A stretch of 64,000 bases of DNA. Origin: a bacterium. Its GTDB lineage: Bacteria > SAR324 > XYD2-FULL-50-16 > G965216635. The notes beneath the pieces were generated by a model. It searched no databases, was not told the origin of the DNA, and was given only the letters and a program-made list of their open reading frames with translations. Shown here piece after piece: positions 39,718 to 49,897 of the stretch. Made by a program: the position numbers and the translations under genes. Position 1 is the first letter of the stretch, and each line of letters opens with the position of its first letter. The stretch lies in contig OZ244188.1 in assembly GCA_965216635.1 (NCBI GenBank), forward strand, positions 672,001 through 736,000. The letters are read 5' to 3'.

Positions 39718-40953
39718 AACATTTCGTCCTACCTTACCCAAAGCTAGAAACTTCTCTCTGTTACCATTCAACACTTGGTCTACTTTAGGTACGACTTTAA
39801 CCACTTTGTTATACAGGTTGCCATCTTTATCTTTAGCTACCTCAGTGATAAAAATATCAATAATAGCTTGACGATTTTTATCCAGTGTAACCACTCCAGT
39901 TGGTGTTTTTAGCTTTAATTTAGCAAGAGCTCTGTTCAATTTTTTATTATTATTAGATACATTTCCTTTGACCTTATCTAAGCCTGTTAAAGCGGCTTTA
40001 GTGGCGACATAATAATAATAAGCAAATAAAGATGGAGACGGAAAACCTTTAGGAAACTGCTTTTTATAAGAAGCTTTCCAATTCTGCCAATCTTTTTTTT
40101 CCAAATTATCAGCAATAGGGCTAGCGGAAGGAGTGCCAATAATATAATCTCTACGACGACCTTTAGACCCCAATACAGATTGATCTACGGTTATAGTCCC
40201 TCCAATTAAAGGTTTATCTCCGCCAGCCTGCTCGTATTGAGAAAGAAAGTTTATAGCATCTGAGCCTCCTAAGGCTACAAATATAGCGTCTATATTATCT
40301 GGAATAGAGGCTACAATAGAAGAGTAATCTTTATTGCCTATGGGCACCCAATGACGATTTTTAACTGAGCCTCCTAGGTCACAAAAATCCTTCAAAAAGC
40401 CAAACGCCATAGTATAAGGAAAAGAGTAATCTTCCCCTATAACAACAATATTTCTATAGCCTTTTTCTTTGTATGCATATTTTCCCAATCCAGCAACCCA
40501 TTGAGCCCCATCTCCGCCAAAGCGAAAAAAGTTTTTTGCAGGATTTCGCAAAGTTGTATCTTGGGCTGCTGAAGTTCCATTGATAAAAGTAACATGCGGT
40601 TTTGTTTTCGCATAATCTTTAACCGCAAGTCCTTCTGAACCTGATAAAGGACCAATCACGATAGATACTTTATCCTGTTCTACCAATTTTTTTACAGCTT
40701 TAAGGGCACTATTTGGCGAACCATTAGAGGAAGCTTTAAATATTTTAATATTTTTACCTCCAGCTTTGTTTTTCCATTCTTTAAGAGCCATATTAATGCC
40801 TCTTGTACCATCTTCACCCAAAATTGCAAAAGGTCCTTCAAGAATGGTTAAAGTACCTATTTTAACATCTGCCGCAAAAACAGAAGTCATAAAAACAGAG
40901 GTGGTAAGCAATCCAATAGAAAGCACCAGCAATGTTCTTCTAATTATTTTCAT
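39703..40953 (-). CDS. LivK/LivJ-fold ABC substrate-binding protein
   Basis: Signal peptide, VKIGTL, KLVEQDKV...GPLSGSEG, EDYSFP, TPTG. Confidence 0.88.
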   Translation of the reverse strand: MKIIRRTLLVLSIGLLTTSVFMTSVFAADVKIGTLTILEGPFAILGEDGTRGINMALKEWKNKAGGKNIKIFKASSNGSPNSALKAVKKLVEQDKVSIVIGPLSGSEGLAVKDYAKTKPHVTFINGTSAAQDTTLRNPAKNFFRFGGDGAQWVAGLGKYAYKEKGYRNIVVIGEDYSFPYTMAFGFLKDFCDLGGSVKNRHWVPIGNKDYSSIVASIPDNIDAIFVALGGSDAINFLSQYEQAGGDKPLIGGTITVDQSVLGSKGRRRDYIIGTPSASPIADNLEKKDWQNWKASYKKQFPKGFPSPSLFAYYYYVATKAALTGLDKVKGNVSNNNKKLNRALAKLKLKTPTGVVTLDKNRQAIIDIFITEVAKDKDGNLYNKVVKVVPKVDQVLNGNREKFLALGKVGRNVPKCN

Positions 40954-40978
40954 AGTAGTTTTTATTTAAGTTAAAAAA

Positions 40979-41115
40979 AGGTCTTTGATAATAGGCATTA
41001 ATTATAGGAGAGCTATGCAGGGCAAACTGTCGAAAAAGCAGAGGATACAATAGTATATGAGCATTTTGAAACAGTTGCCTTGCATAGCGTGCTAGAATGT
41101 CTAATTCAAAGATCT
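40979..41115. mobile_element. RPE-like palindromic element, distinct internal subfamily
   Basis: aggtctttga...tcaaagatct ends; long internal stem gctatgcagggcaaactgt...acagttgccttgcatagc. Confidence 0.7.
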
Positions 41116-41238
41116 AGAATACAAACAGTAAAGTTTAAAAATACACCAAATAAAATAAATATCAAGAACTAATATTATGCTCATAACAATATAATCTGTG
41201 TATTAAAGGAAAAAATAATATTTTGTTGATTATTTTAT

Positions 41239-41468
41239 GGACTTTTGAATTTACATTCTGTTTAGCCAACAAGCTTATTGCTTTTACTCTATACGAGCTA
41301 TAGTAAAAGAGCCGCTGGCTCTTTTACATTTTATTTTTGCTAAATGCAAATCATAGAGTATTTTTCACTACGATATTCCAGCGAGCTAAAATTTTTTTTC
41401 GTACCTGTTCTAACCATTTGGCTAGCCGTCACAGCTAGTTTTGTTCTATTTGGCAAATTCAAAGGTCT
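41239..41468. mobile_element. MITE-family element (reverse orientation)
   Basis: ggacttttgaattt...aaattcaaaggtct; perfect 7-bp flanking repeat attttat. Confidence 0.9.
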
Positions 41469-41557
41469 ATTTTATATTATTTCCAAAAAAAATATTGAAA
41501 AAATGTGTTTTTTGGGTAACTATAAGCTAGTTTAATTAACCTTAAAAGGAATTTAAT

Positions 41558-42781
41558 ATGAAAAATATATGTTTAATTGGAGCCTTTGATGTCAAAGGTG
41601 CGGAATACGCATTTGTACGGCAACAGATACTAGATAAAGGGCATAAAGTAATTAGCGTTAATGCTGGAGTCTTAGGCACAACAGAAATCTTTCCCGTAGA
41701 TATAGAAGCAGATAAAATCGCAGAAGCCGCGGGCGGTAGTATTGCGCAGTTGCGAGAAAAAAAAGATCGTGGCGAGGCAATGAAAGTAATGTCTGCAGGA
41801 GCTGCCATACTTATCCGATCCCTATACGATGAAGGAAAATTTGATGGAATAATGGGTATGGGAGGTACAGGTGGCACCTCTATTATTACAGCGGCTATGC
41901 GTGCTTTACCGATTGGTGTACCTAAAGTATGCGTTTCTACAGCAGCATCTAGTGATGTATCAGGTTATGTTGGTACCAAAGACATTACCATGATACCCTC
42001 TATTGTAGATGTAGCTGGAATCAACCGCGTTTCAAAAATTATATTTACCCGCGCTGCAAGTGCCATCTGCGGAATGGTAGAAACAGATTTGCCACAAACT
42101 AGCGAAGATAAACCTGTTATCACAGCGTCTATGTTCGGCAATACAACCGAATGCGTCAACGACTGTATGGCAAAACTCAGTGAAAAAGGCTACGAAGTCC
42201 TTGTATTCCACTGCACTGGAGTAGGAGGTATGGCTATGGAAAGTTTGATAAAAGAAGGTTTGGTTAATGCTGTCTTAGATATTACAACAACAGAATGGGC
42301 AGATGAGGTATGTGATGGAGTTTTTAGTGCTGGTTCTGATAGATTGTCCGCTGCGGGAGAGATGGGGATCCCTCACCTTATTGTACCGGGCTGTGTAGAT
42401 ATGGCAAATTTTGGAGGAATGGATACAGTTCCTGCTAGATTCAAAGAGCCAAGACGCAATTTCTATGAATGGAACCCGTCGGTTACGCTAATGCGGACTG
42501 ATAAAGAAGAAAACGAAAAAATGGGAAAAATATTTGCAGAAAAAGCCAATGCTGCAAAAGGTCCCGTTGCTTTTCTGCTTCCGCTCAAAGGAATTTCTAT
42601 TCTTGATGGCGATGGTGAGCTGTTTTGCGATCGTGAAATAGACCAAGCCCTATTTGATAGCATCAAAGCAAATCTAAAAAAAGATATCCCCGTTGTAGAA
42701 ATAGAAAATAATATCAATGATACAGAATTTTCGGCAAAAGCTGTGGAGATGTTATTAGAATTAATAGAAAAAAACAAATAA
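41558..42781 (+). CDS. Tm-1-like ATP-binding domain protein (UPF0261)
   Basis: GAFDVKGAE, GGTGGT, LPIGVPK, SIVDVAGIN, SMFGNTT, FHCTGVGG, TLMRT, INDTEF. Confidence 0.9.
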   Translation: MKNICLIGAFDVKGAEYAFVRQQILDKGHKVISVNAGVLGTTEIFPVDIEADKIAEAAGGSIAQLREKKDRGEAMKVMSAGAAILIRSLYDEGKFDGIMGMGGTGGTSIITAAMRALPIGVPKVCVSTAASSDVSGYVGTKDITMIPSIVDVAGINRVSKIIFTRAASAICGMVETDLPQTSEDKPVITASMFGNTTECVNDCMAKLSEKGYEVLVFHCTGVGGMAMESLIKEGLVNAVLDITTTEWADEVCDGVFSAGSDRLSAAGEMGIPHLIVPGCVDMANFGGMDTVPARFKEPRRNFYEWNPSVTLMRTDKEENEKMGKIFAEKANAAKGPVAFLLPLKGISILDGDGELFCDREIDQALFDSIKANLKKDIPVVEIENNINDTEFSAKAVEMLLELIEKNK

Positions 42782-42787
42782 AAAAAA

Positions 42788-43618
42788 ATGATATTCACAA
42801 GACAACAAATATTAAGCCGTCTGCGACAAAAAATTGCAGACAAAATTCCCATTATAGGTGGAGGAGCAGGTAATGGAATTAGTGCCAAGTGCCAAGAAGA
42901 TGGTGGAGTTGATTTATTAGTGATTTACAATTCAGGTCGTTTCCGAATGAATGGCAGAGGTTCCTTAGCTGGTTGTATGCCTTACGGTGATGCTAATGGA
43001 ATTGTGATGGAAATGGCAGGTGATGTGCTAACCATTGTGAAAGATACTCCTGTTTTAGCAGGAGTCTGTGGTACAGACCCCACCCGTATAATAGATGTAT
43101 TCTTAAAACAAGTGCAAGAAGCTGGATTTTCTGGCGTGCAGAACTTCCCCACTGTAGGACTTTACGATGGTCAATTTAGAAGCAATCTTGAAGAAACAGG
43201 TATGGGTTATGATTTGGAAGTAGAAATGATTCGCCGAGCGAACGCAATGGATATTTTTACCACCCCCTACGCTTTCAATGCACAAGAATCAGAGGCAATG
43301 GCAAAAGCTGGAGCGGATGTTGTTATTGCACACATGGGACTGACCACCAAAGGCTCTATTGGGGCATCTACTTCACTTACAATAGAGCAATGTCCATCTA
43401 AAGTACAGGAAATTTGTGATGCAGCAAAATCAGTAAATTCTGAAGTTATCGCACTTTGTCACGGAGGTCCTATTTCTATGCCTGAAGATGCTGAATATAT
43501 CTTGCAGAATACAAAAGGAATAGACGGATTTTATGGTGCTTCAAGCGTAGAACGTTTGCCGTCTGAAATTGCCATTAAAGAGCAAATGCAAAAATTTAAA
43601 GCTGTTCAATTTGAGTAG
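42788..43618 (+). CDS. PEP-hydrolase-like TIM-barrel protein
   Basis: IIGGGAG-GISAK, IYNSGRFRM, VQNFPTVG, HMGLTT, LCHGGPI, GFYGASSVERLP. Confidence 0.9.
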   Translation: MIFTRQQILSRLRQKIADKIPIIGGGAGNGISAKCQEDGGVDLLVIYNSGRFRMNGRGSLAGCMPYGDANGIVMEMAGDVLTIVKDTPVLAGVCGTDPTRIIDVFLKQVQEAGFSGVQNFPTVGLYDGQFRSNLEETGMGYDLEVEMIRRANAMDIFTTPYAFNAQESEAMAKAGADVVIAHMGLTTKGSIGASTSLTIEQCPSKVQEICDAAKSVNSEVIALCHGGPISMPEDAEYILQNTKGIDGFYGASSVERLPSEIAIKEQMQKFKAVQFE

Positions 43619-43630
43619 CTATCTAGATTT

Positions 43631-44821
43631 TTAAAGCTCCTCGTTTAGAATTTCTAAAATTTCTTTTTCTGCTTTTTTCATAGCACGGTCAACCTTTTTA
43701 CCGAAGAGAACTCTTTCCAATTGCTCGGAAAATACTTCTTGAATGTCAATCCATTTTGGATGGGCTTGAGGCGATGTAGCTGTTTTAAGAGTTTCTAAAA
43801 AGACTAAAAGCTCAGGGTGTTCTTGAGTATAAAAAGAATCTTTAGTTCCTTGTTTGTCTGCGGGAAATAAAGTTGTGATTCTTCTAGTAATAGCTTTGGA
43901 ATTTTCTGCTTTTACCAAAAAACGGATGAATTTTTCGGCTGCTGCTTTATTTTTTGTATTTTTAGTGATTGCCAGCATCTGTGCTCCAGCAAAATTAATA
44001 CTTTTTCCAGTTGGAGCTGGAGGGAGCTTAATGACAGCAAAATTTAAATTAGGAGATTCTTTTTTAAATTTATTAATTTGGCCTGGCTCTTCTATCATAA
44101 AACCTACTTTTCCTTCTTGAAATTGCTTACGAACCACTAGATTTTCATCAAAAAGACCTACTTTTCTTAGTTCGCTATAAAAACTTACTGCTTCTTTAAA
44201 AGCTTTGCTATTAACACCTGTGCTTTTCCAATCTGAGTTAATAATTCTAGCTCCATTAGACCAAGCATAAGGCAAAAATTTTTGCCAAGTAGTATAGGCT
44301 CCCGTTTTTAACCCATATCCATAAACATTTTTACCAAGTCTATGAATTGCTTGAGATTGTTTGAGAAGTTGTTCCCAATTTTTAGGAGGAGATTTGAAAC
44401 CTGCTCTTTTAAGTAGCTCTTTATTATAAAATAAAGCTCCAGTAGAAAGAGTCCAAGGTACAGCGTAGTATTTCCCTTTGAAATAGGCAGGTTCCCAATT
44501 GGCAAGTTTTTTTCTTAAATTTCTAGGATCTATTGGTTTTAAACCTCCGTCTAGGCTTAAACCTGCAACCCAAGTAGAGCCTATTTCAATCACATCGGGA
44601 GCTTGATTGGCAGAAAGTGAGGTTATAATTTTATTAAACCCATCTGTCCATGTCAGTCTTTCTAAAGAAACATTAATATTCGGATTTTCTTTTTCAAACT
44701 TTTCTATCAGAGGCTTTATCCATTCTGGGTCCCAAAATTGCCAAAAAGTAATCTTGGTCGCAGCCCAAGAATTTGCGGTAGCGCATAATAGAGTGAATAC
44801 AAGTAGTAGTGTTTTTTTCAT
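43631..44821 (-). CDS. Carbohydrate ABC substrate-binding protein (family 1)
   Basis: Signal peptide, ITFWQFW, FEKENPNINV, APDV, LFYNKELL...PPKNWEQL. Confidence 0.88.
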   Translation of the reverse strand: MKKTLLLVFTLLCATANSWAATKITFWQFWDPEWIKPLIEKFEKENPNINVSLERLTWTDGFNKIITSLSANQAPDVIEIGSTWVAGLSLDGGLKPIDPRNLRKKLANWEPAYFKGKYYAVPWTLSTGALFYNKELLKRAGFKSPPKNWEQLLKQSQAIHRLGKNVYGYGLKTGAYTTWQKFLPYAWSNGARIINSDWKSTGVNSKAFKEAVSFYSELRKVGLFDENLVVRKQFQEGKVGFMIEEPGQINKFKKESPNLNFAVIKLPPAPTGKSINFAGAQMLAITKNTKNKAAAEKFIRFLVKAENSKAITRRITTLFPADKQGTKDSFYTQEHPELLVFLETLKTATSPQAHPKWIDIQEVFSEQLERVLFGKKVDRAMKKAEKEILEILNEEL

Positions 44822-44852
44822 TTTTTTGTTTTTAATTTGAAGTAATTAGTGG

Positions 44853-45362
44853 TCATCCTCGGTGAAAAAGTTTATTATAATATATTTTTAAATCTTTTGC
44901 AACAAGAAAAATAAAACCTATCGTAATAAAATCATCTGCTAAATTGTTCACGAAAAAACTGAATTCAAACAATCTAAAGTGCATAAAATCTGTAACTCCT
45001 CCTAAAAATAGCCTATCCAATAGATTACCAGAGCCACCTCCTAGTATCAAAGCCCAACCTATTTTATAGTTTTTTTGGATTTTTTTCCAGTTTAAAAATA
45101 TATAGTATATAACCACGAGAATAATTAGCAAGGGCAGAATATTGACTAAGAGTACACGGAGAGGATCATTTAAGTTTGCTAAAAAACCGTAGGAAATCCC
45201 TCTATTTTTCACTAAAACCAGTTCTATAAAGTTGGGAATCAAGGTGTAGATTTTATTTGCGAGAAGATATTTTCTCGCTAGAAATTTACTGCCTTGATCT
45301 ACAAAAAATATTGCAATGGCAAAAAAAATAAAACCAGACTTATTGATATTTTTTGAAAACAT
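44853..45362 (-). CDS. lspA: Lipoprotein signal peptidase II
   Basis: DQGSK, NRGISYG, GGGSGNLLDR, VTDF, NLAD. Confidence 0.93.
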   Translation of the reverse strand: MFSKNINKSGFIFFAIAIFFVDQGSKFLARKYLLANKIYTLIPNFIELVLVKNRGISYGFLANLNDPLRVLLVNILPLLIILVVIYYIFLNWKKIQKNYKIGWALILGGGSGNLLDRLFLGGVTDFMHFRLFEFSFFVNNLADDFITIGFIFLVAKDLKIYYNKLFHRG

Positions 45363-45455
45363 AAAAAATTTATGCTAAAATTTGGGTTTAAGAACAGAGC
45401 CTTTGAGTTTCTCTTGAGAACTATAAAGCAATTTTAGCACTTAACGCAAATTTTT

Positions 45456-47684
45456 ATGAAAGATTTTTTTTGGTATTTTTTATCAAAGATTGTTTTTAAA
45501 TTTTTTTTTTCTTTGCAAATCAAAGGCAAGAAAAACTACTTCAAATTAAAAGACAAACCACTGATAATTGCCAGTAACCATACCTCTTACTTGGATGGTA
45601 TTTTATTGCTTTTAATAGACAGGTGGAAATTCTATTTTTTGGTAGATAAAACTATAGCACATAAAAACCCTTTCCGTTTTTTTATTAAACAGATTAAATT
45701 TATTCCTATTACTAACCATTCTTCTTATTCTATTCGGCAACTGATTTATTTTTTAAGAAAAAAAAAAACAATAGTCATTTTTCCCGAAGGTAGAATCAGT
45801 ACTACAGGAAAACTGATGAATTTCCAAAACGGAATGTTGATGATATCCGCTAAAACAAAGGTTCCTATTTTACCTGTTTATATTAAAAACGCTCATTTAA
45901 CTTATTTTTCTAAAGTAAAAGAGCAATTTCCGAAACGTATTTTTCAGCCAATAAAATTACAAATCGGAGATCCCGTTTATGTAAGTCTTCCTAAAAAACT
46001 GCAATCAACAAATGAATACAAAAAAACCAATCTACAGCTAATGGATAGATTTCAAAATATGTCTTTTGAAATGGAAGATTTAAGTACCAGTCTTTTTGAA
46101 ATGTTATTGTTGGGAATGAAGAATAGCTCTCCTAAAAAAAAAATTATTCAAGATTCTAGCCTAGAGCAGATGAGCTACAAAAAGCTTGTTCTTAGTGCCC
46201 TTATTTTAGGAAAATTGCTTTTTGAAAAGAATGCCAAGAGTTCTAGCCAATTTCTAAAAAGGAGTTCCAAGAACGTTTTCCAAAATAGAGAACAAAATAT
46301 AGGTTTTTTATTGCCTAATTCTATAGCTGCCTGTTCTACTTTTTTTGCTTTCCAGTTGTATCACAAGGTAGCTGTGATGCTTAATTTCACTAGTGGTTTA
46401 TCCAGTATTATTCATAGTTGTAAACTGGCAGCTGTGCAAAGAGTGATTACTTCTCGTAAGTTCGTAAAACTTGGCAACCTAGAGCCTACTATAAAAGCCC
46501 TATCAAAGGTTGTAGAAATTGTCTATTTAGAAGATTTTCGCGAAAAAATCAGCTGGAAAGATAAGATTTTGGCTTTGCTTCGCTTTACAAAAATTGTTTC
46601 TTTTCATCGCTCGCTTTTCGCATCATCGGCTTCACATTCTGGAAAAGTATTTTCGGAAAGTAACCCTGCAGTGATAATGTTCACAGCTGGTTCTAGCGGT
46701 ATGCCCAAAGGAGTAGTATTATCGCACCGCAACATTGTTGCCAATTTTTACCAGTTCAATACGATTGTTGATTTTAATCTCAAAGATGTTCTTTTTAATG
46801 TTCTGCCTGTATTTCATTCTTTTGGACTAATAGTAGGACTATTAGCTCCTTTATTTTCTGGTCTTAAAGTTTTTCTTTATCCCAATCCTATGCAATACCG
46901 TCTAGTAACTAAGTTTGTTTATTTTTGTGATGCTACTATTATTTTAGGCACCAATGTTTTTTATCGTGGCTACGCTTTAAAAGCAGAACAGACAGATTTT
47001 TATAAGGTGCGGTATGCTTTTTCTGGAGCAGAAAGACTTCAAGACGAAGTTAAACAAATGTGGAATGAGAAATTTGGGATTCGGATTTTAGAAGGTTATG
47101 GACTGACAGAAGCAGCGCCTGTAGTAGCAACAAATACTCCTTTGCATTACAGAAAAAATACTGTGGGAAGATTACTACCTGCATTAAAATATAAACTAGA
47201 AAAAGTGGCTGGTATTTCTGTAGCTCAAAAATTATACCTTAAGGGACCTAATTTGATGTTAGGCTATCTAAAAAACAACAATAGTGGAGAAATATCTTTT
47301 TTGAAAGGTTGGTATGATACAGGGGATCTCGTTAATATAGACGAAGATGGTTTTGTGCAAATCGTAGGTAGACAGAAAAGATTTTGTAAGGTAGCAGGAG
47401 AAATGATTTCTTTAGTGCTGGTAGAAAAAATTACCAAAAAAGTATTCCCTAAATCCACAGTGGCAGCTATTGCTACAGAAAGTAAGCAAAAGGGGGAAAA
47501 AATTATTTTGGTAGCAACAGATAATCAAGTAAATCTATCTACTATTAGAGAATATTTACTAAAGAATGCAGAAAATATTTTATTACTGCCTCAAGAACTT
47601 TTAAAGTTGCCACAGATTCCCTTGTTGGGTTCGGGAAAAATCAATTATCCTGAGTTAGTAAATATTTATTGCTCAAAACAATAA
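45456..47684 (+). CDS. aas: Bifunctional acyltransferase / acyl-ACP synthetase (Aas)
   Basis: NHTSYLD and FPEGR (PlsC domain); FTAGSSGMPKGV, EGYGLTE, WYDTGD (AMP-binding domain). Confidence 0.9.
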   Translation: MKDFFWYFLSKIVFKFFFSLQIKGKKNYFKLKDKPLIIASNHTSYLDGILLLLIDRWKFYFLVDKTIAHKNPFRFFIKQIKFIPITNHSSYSIRQLIYFLRKKKTIVIFPEGRISTTGKLMNFQNGMLMISAKTKVPILPVYIKNAHLTYFSKVKEQFPKRIFQPIKLQIGDPVYVSLPKKLQSTNEYKKTNLQLMDRFQNMSFEMEDLSTSLFEMLLLGMKNSSPKKKIIQDSSLEQMSYKKLVLSALILGKLLFEKNAKSSSQFLKRSSKNVFQNREQNIGFLLPNSIAACSTFFAFQLYHKVAVMLNFTSGLSSIIHSCKLAAVQRVITSRKFVKLGNLEPTIKALSKVVEIVYLEDFREKISWKDKILALLRFTKIVSFHRSLFASSASHSGKVFSESNPAVIMFTAGSSGMPKGVVLSHRNIVANFYQFNTIVDFNLKDVLFNVLPVFHSFGLIVGLLAPLFSGLKVFLYPNPMQYRLVTKFVYFCDATIILGTNVFYRGYALKAEQTDFYKVRYAFSGAERLQDEVKQMWNEKFGIRILEGYGLTEAAPVVATNTPLHYRKNTVGRLLPALKYKLEKVAGISVAQKLYLKGPNLMLGYLKNNNSGEISFLKGWYDTGDLVNIDEDGFVQIVGRQKRFCKVAGEMISLVLVEKITKKVFPKSTVAAIATESKQKGEKIILVATDNQVNLSTIREYLLKNAENILLLPQELLKLPQIPLLGSGKINYPELVNIYCSKQ

Positions 47685-47691
47685 AATTATT

Positions 47692-48366
47692 ATGAAAAAA
47701 CACCTAGTTGTATTTACTGGAGCGGGTATTAGTTCTGAAAGTGGACTAAAAACTTTTCGCGATTCGGACGGGCTTTGGGAAAATTATGCCGTAGAAGATG
47801 TGGCTACTCCAGAAGCTTGGCGAAGAAACCCCGCTTTGGTGCTAAAATTTTATAACGACAGAAGAAAACAAGTAAAACAAGCCAAACCAAACGACGCTCA
47901 TTTGGCTTTAAAGGATTTGGAAAAGAAATTTCATGTCAGTATCGTTACTCAAAATATAGATAATTTACACGAAAGGGCTGGTTCTAGTTTTGTTTTGCAC
48001 TTGCACGGAGAGATTGTGAAGGCTCGTAGCACTATAAGCAACAAAACTTATGAAATAAAAACGGACATTCAACTTGGTAATAAGTGCGAAAAAAATAGTC
48101 AGTTAAGACCACATATAGTCTGGTTTGGAGAAGCAGTGCCTAAATTTGCAGAAGCACAGGTGATAATAAGCCAAGCCGATATTTTACTTGTAATAGGAAC
48201 TTCTTTATCGGTTTATCCGGCAGCCTATCTTGTAGAGGAAGTAGCAAAAGGTACGCCTGTTTATTTGATAGATCCTGCTGCAGAACACACAGACGCAATT
48301 ATTATTCGTAAAAAAGCAGTAAAAGGGGTAAGAGAATTGACAAATCAGTGGTTGCAGAATGATTGA
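47692..48366 (+). CDS. cobB: NAD-dependent deacylase (sirtuin)
   Basis: TGAGISSESGLKTFRD, TQNIDNLHERAG, HLHG, RPHIVWFGE, GTSLSVYPAA. Confidence 0.95.
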   Translation: MKKHLVVFTGAGISSESGLKTFRDSDGLWENYAVEDVATPEAWRRNPALVLKFYNDRRKQVKQAKPNDAHLALKDLEKKFHVSIVTQNIDNLHERAGSSFVLHLHGEIVKARSTISNKTYEIKTDIQLGNKCEKNSQLRPHIVWFGEAVPKFAEAQVIISQADILLVIGTSLSVYPAAYLVEEVAKGTPVYLIDPAAEHTDAIIIRKKAVKGVRELTNQWLQND

Positions 48367-48412
48367 AATAGTTTTATAAGTGAGATTACTATCAAGCTAC
48401 AAAAGGTAAAAA

Positions 48413-48670
48413 ATGCTATTATTTATAGAAATATTGCAGAGAGTGATTAGAATTTATATACTTTTGATTATTGTTCGCTCTTTATTGAGTTGGTTTTCTG
48501 TAGGTTATAATTTTTGGGTAGAGTGGCTTTATCGCTTAACAGAGCCCTATTTAAGCTTTTTTCGTCGTCTTTTGCCTCCTATGGGTGGGTTTGATTTTAG
48601 TCCTGTTCTGGCAATATTTGTATTATATTTTTTAGAAAAAGTATTGATTAAACTTCTTTTTTCATTGTAA
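48413..48670 (+). CDS. yggT: YggT family membrane protein
   Basis: LLSWF...LTEPYL...RRLLPPMGGFDFSP. Confidence 0.93.
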   Translation: MLLFIEILQRVIRIYILLIIVRSLLSWFSVGYNFWVEWLYRLTEPYLSFFRRLLPPMGGFDFSPVLAIFVLYFLEKVLIKLLFSL

Positions 48671-48724
48671 GAAACATTACGTTATGATTTTTAGTGCTAT
48701 TTTATAAAAAAAATCACAAACCGT

Positions 48725-48754
48725 TTGACAAAATTTTTTTGTTTTGTTATTAAT
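48725..48754 (+). promoter_or_regulatory. Putative sigma70 promoter for the downstream OMP genes
   Basis: TTGACA, then a TG-n-TATTAA(T) element at 17-18 bp spacing; a MITE starts directly after it. Confidence 0.45.
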
Positions 48755-48758
48755 AACT

Positions 48759-49067
48759 GAGACCTTTGAATTAGTGTTATGCTCACCCCACTATTGGGGC
48801 TAGCCAAATGGTTAGAACCAAATGGTTAGAATAGGTGCAAAAAAAAAATTTATCTTGCAGGAATATCGCCAAGCGAAACGCTACAAGACTTTATCATTAG
48901 CAAAAATGGAATGTAAAAGTGCTAAAAAGCACTTTTACTATAGTCCTTATGAAATAGCCCGTATGAAATAGATAGCAATAAGAGAGAGCATTTCTTCACG
49001 AATGGCAAGAGTTAAATTTTTTTTTAACGTTTGCTTTGGCTAAACAGAACGCTAATTCAAATGTCTC
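48759..49067. mobile_element. MITE-family element, about 310-bp multi-module form
   Basis: gagacctttgaattag...ctaattcaaatgtctc; internal gtaaaagtgct...agcacttttac hairpin and 14-bp duplications. Confidence 0.88.
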
Positions 49068-49094
49068 TAATGATTTTTAACCAATGAGGTAAAT

Positions 49095-49745
49095 ATGAAA
49101 AAAATACTCTTTGTAGTCATTATTCTCAATTGTTTTGTAGCTACAAGTTTTGCAGCTGTTTTGAGTATAGGAAAGAAAACATATACTACTCCTATACTAA
49201 AAGAAGCCTCTTCTGATGGATTTAAAGAGACTGTTCAACTGGGTTTAGAATTTTCTTTCAATTGGAAAATCGCTACGGTAATTATTTCGCCAAGGTTAGG
49301 AACGGGTTCTGCGGAAAAAACACTATCGTACACTTATGTTATACAATATGTTACACAATATGCTATACAAGATGTAGAAGTTGATTATACTATCACAGTT
49401 CCAGAAACTATTTCTTATACAGAGATAGATTACGGTTTGCGGTTTCATAAACTTTTACTAGGGTTTCTGGATACTTCTGTGAGTTTTGGAGGAACTGCAA
49501 CAACGTTTCGTTACAATACCGTTGAAAATTTAAGGTTAGAACCGGGTGAGATAAAAATAGATCGCAACTCAGCAAATGTCAATTTGTATAGCTACTGGTA
49601 TTCTTACGGAGTGAGATTTCATACTAAAAGTGTTTTAATCGGACTAGAAATGAGGACTAATTTAGCTCCAGAAGTAGAATTATTAGATCGGACTGTGGAT
49701 TTAGATTCTCAAGAGATCAATCTGTTTTTTGATATAGGTTTTTAA
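49095..49745 (+). CDS. Small outer-membrane beta-barrel protein
   Basis: Signal peptide SFA|A, alternating hydrophobic strands, C-terminal FFDIGF. Confidence 0.7.
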   Translation: MKKILFVVIILNCFVATSFAAVLSIGKKTYTTPILKEASSDGFKETVQLGLEFSFNWKIATVIISPRLGTGSAEKTLSYTYVIQYVTQYAIQDVEVDYTITVPETISYTEIDYGLRFHKLLLGFLDTSVSFGGTATTFRYNTVENLRLEPGEIKIDRNSANVNLYSYWYSYGVRFHTKSVLIGLEMRTNLAPEVELLDRTVDLDSQEINLFFDIGF

Positions 49746-49751
49746 CAAATA

Positions 49752-49813
49752 GAGACTGTTGACTTTAGTAGACCTTTGAATTTTCGTTATGTGACGGCTA
49801 ATTCAACAGTTTC
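49752..49813. mobile_element. Short nested MITE remnant
   Basis: gagactgttga...tcaacagtttc enclosing agacctttgaattttcgttatgtgacggcta. Confidence 0.75.
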
Positions 49814-49897
49814 AACTAACTTATAACTTAAAAAGGCTTTTGCATTAGCCATAGACTTTGTCTAATCTAATGCCAAAAAGTCTGTTTTTATTAAATT

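Noticed and set aside
41344..41535. 63-aa ORF
   Set aside because: Mostly MITE sequence read in frame; no independent coding evidence.
45761..45770. Homopolymer tracts as phase-variation switches
   Set aside because: A/T runs are ubiquitous in this AT-rich DNA and the genes containing them are in frame.
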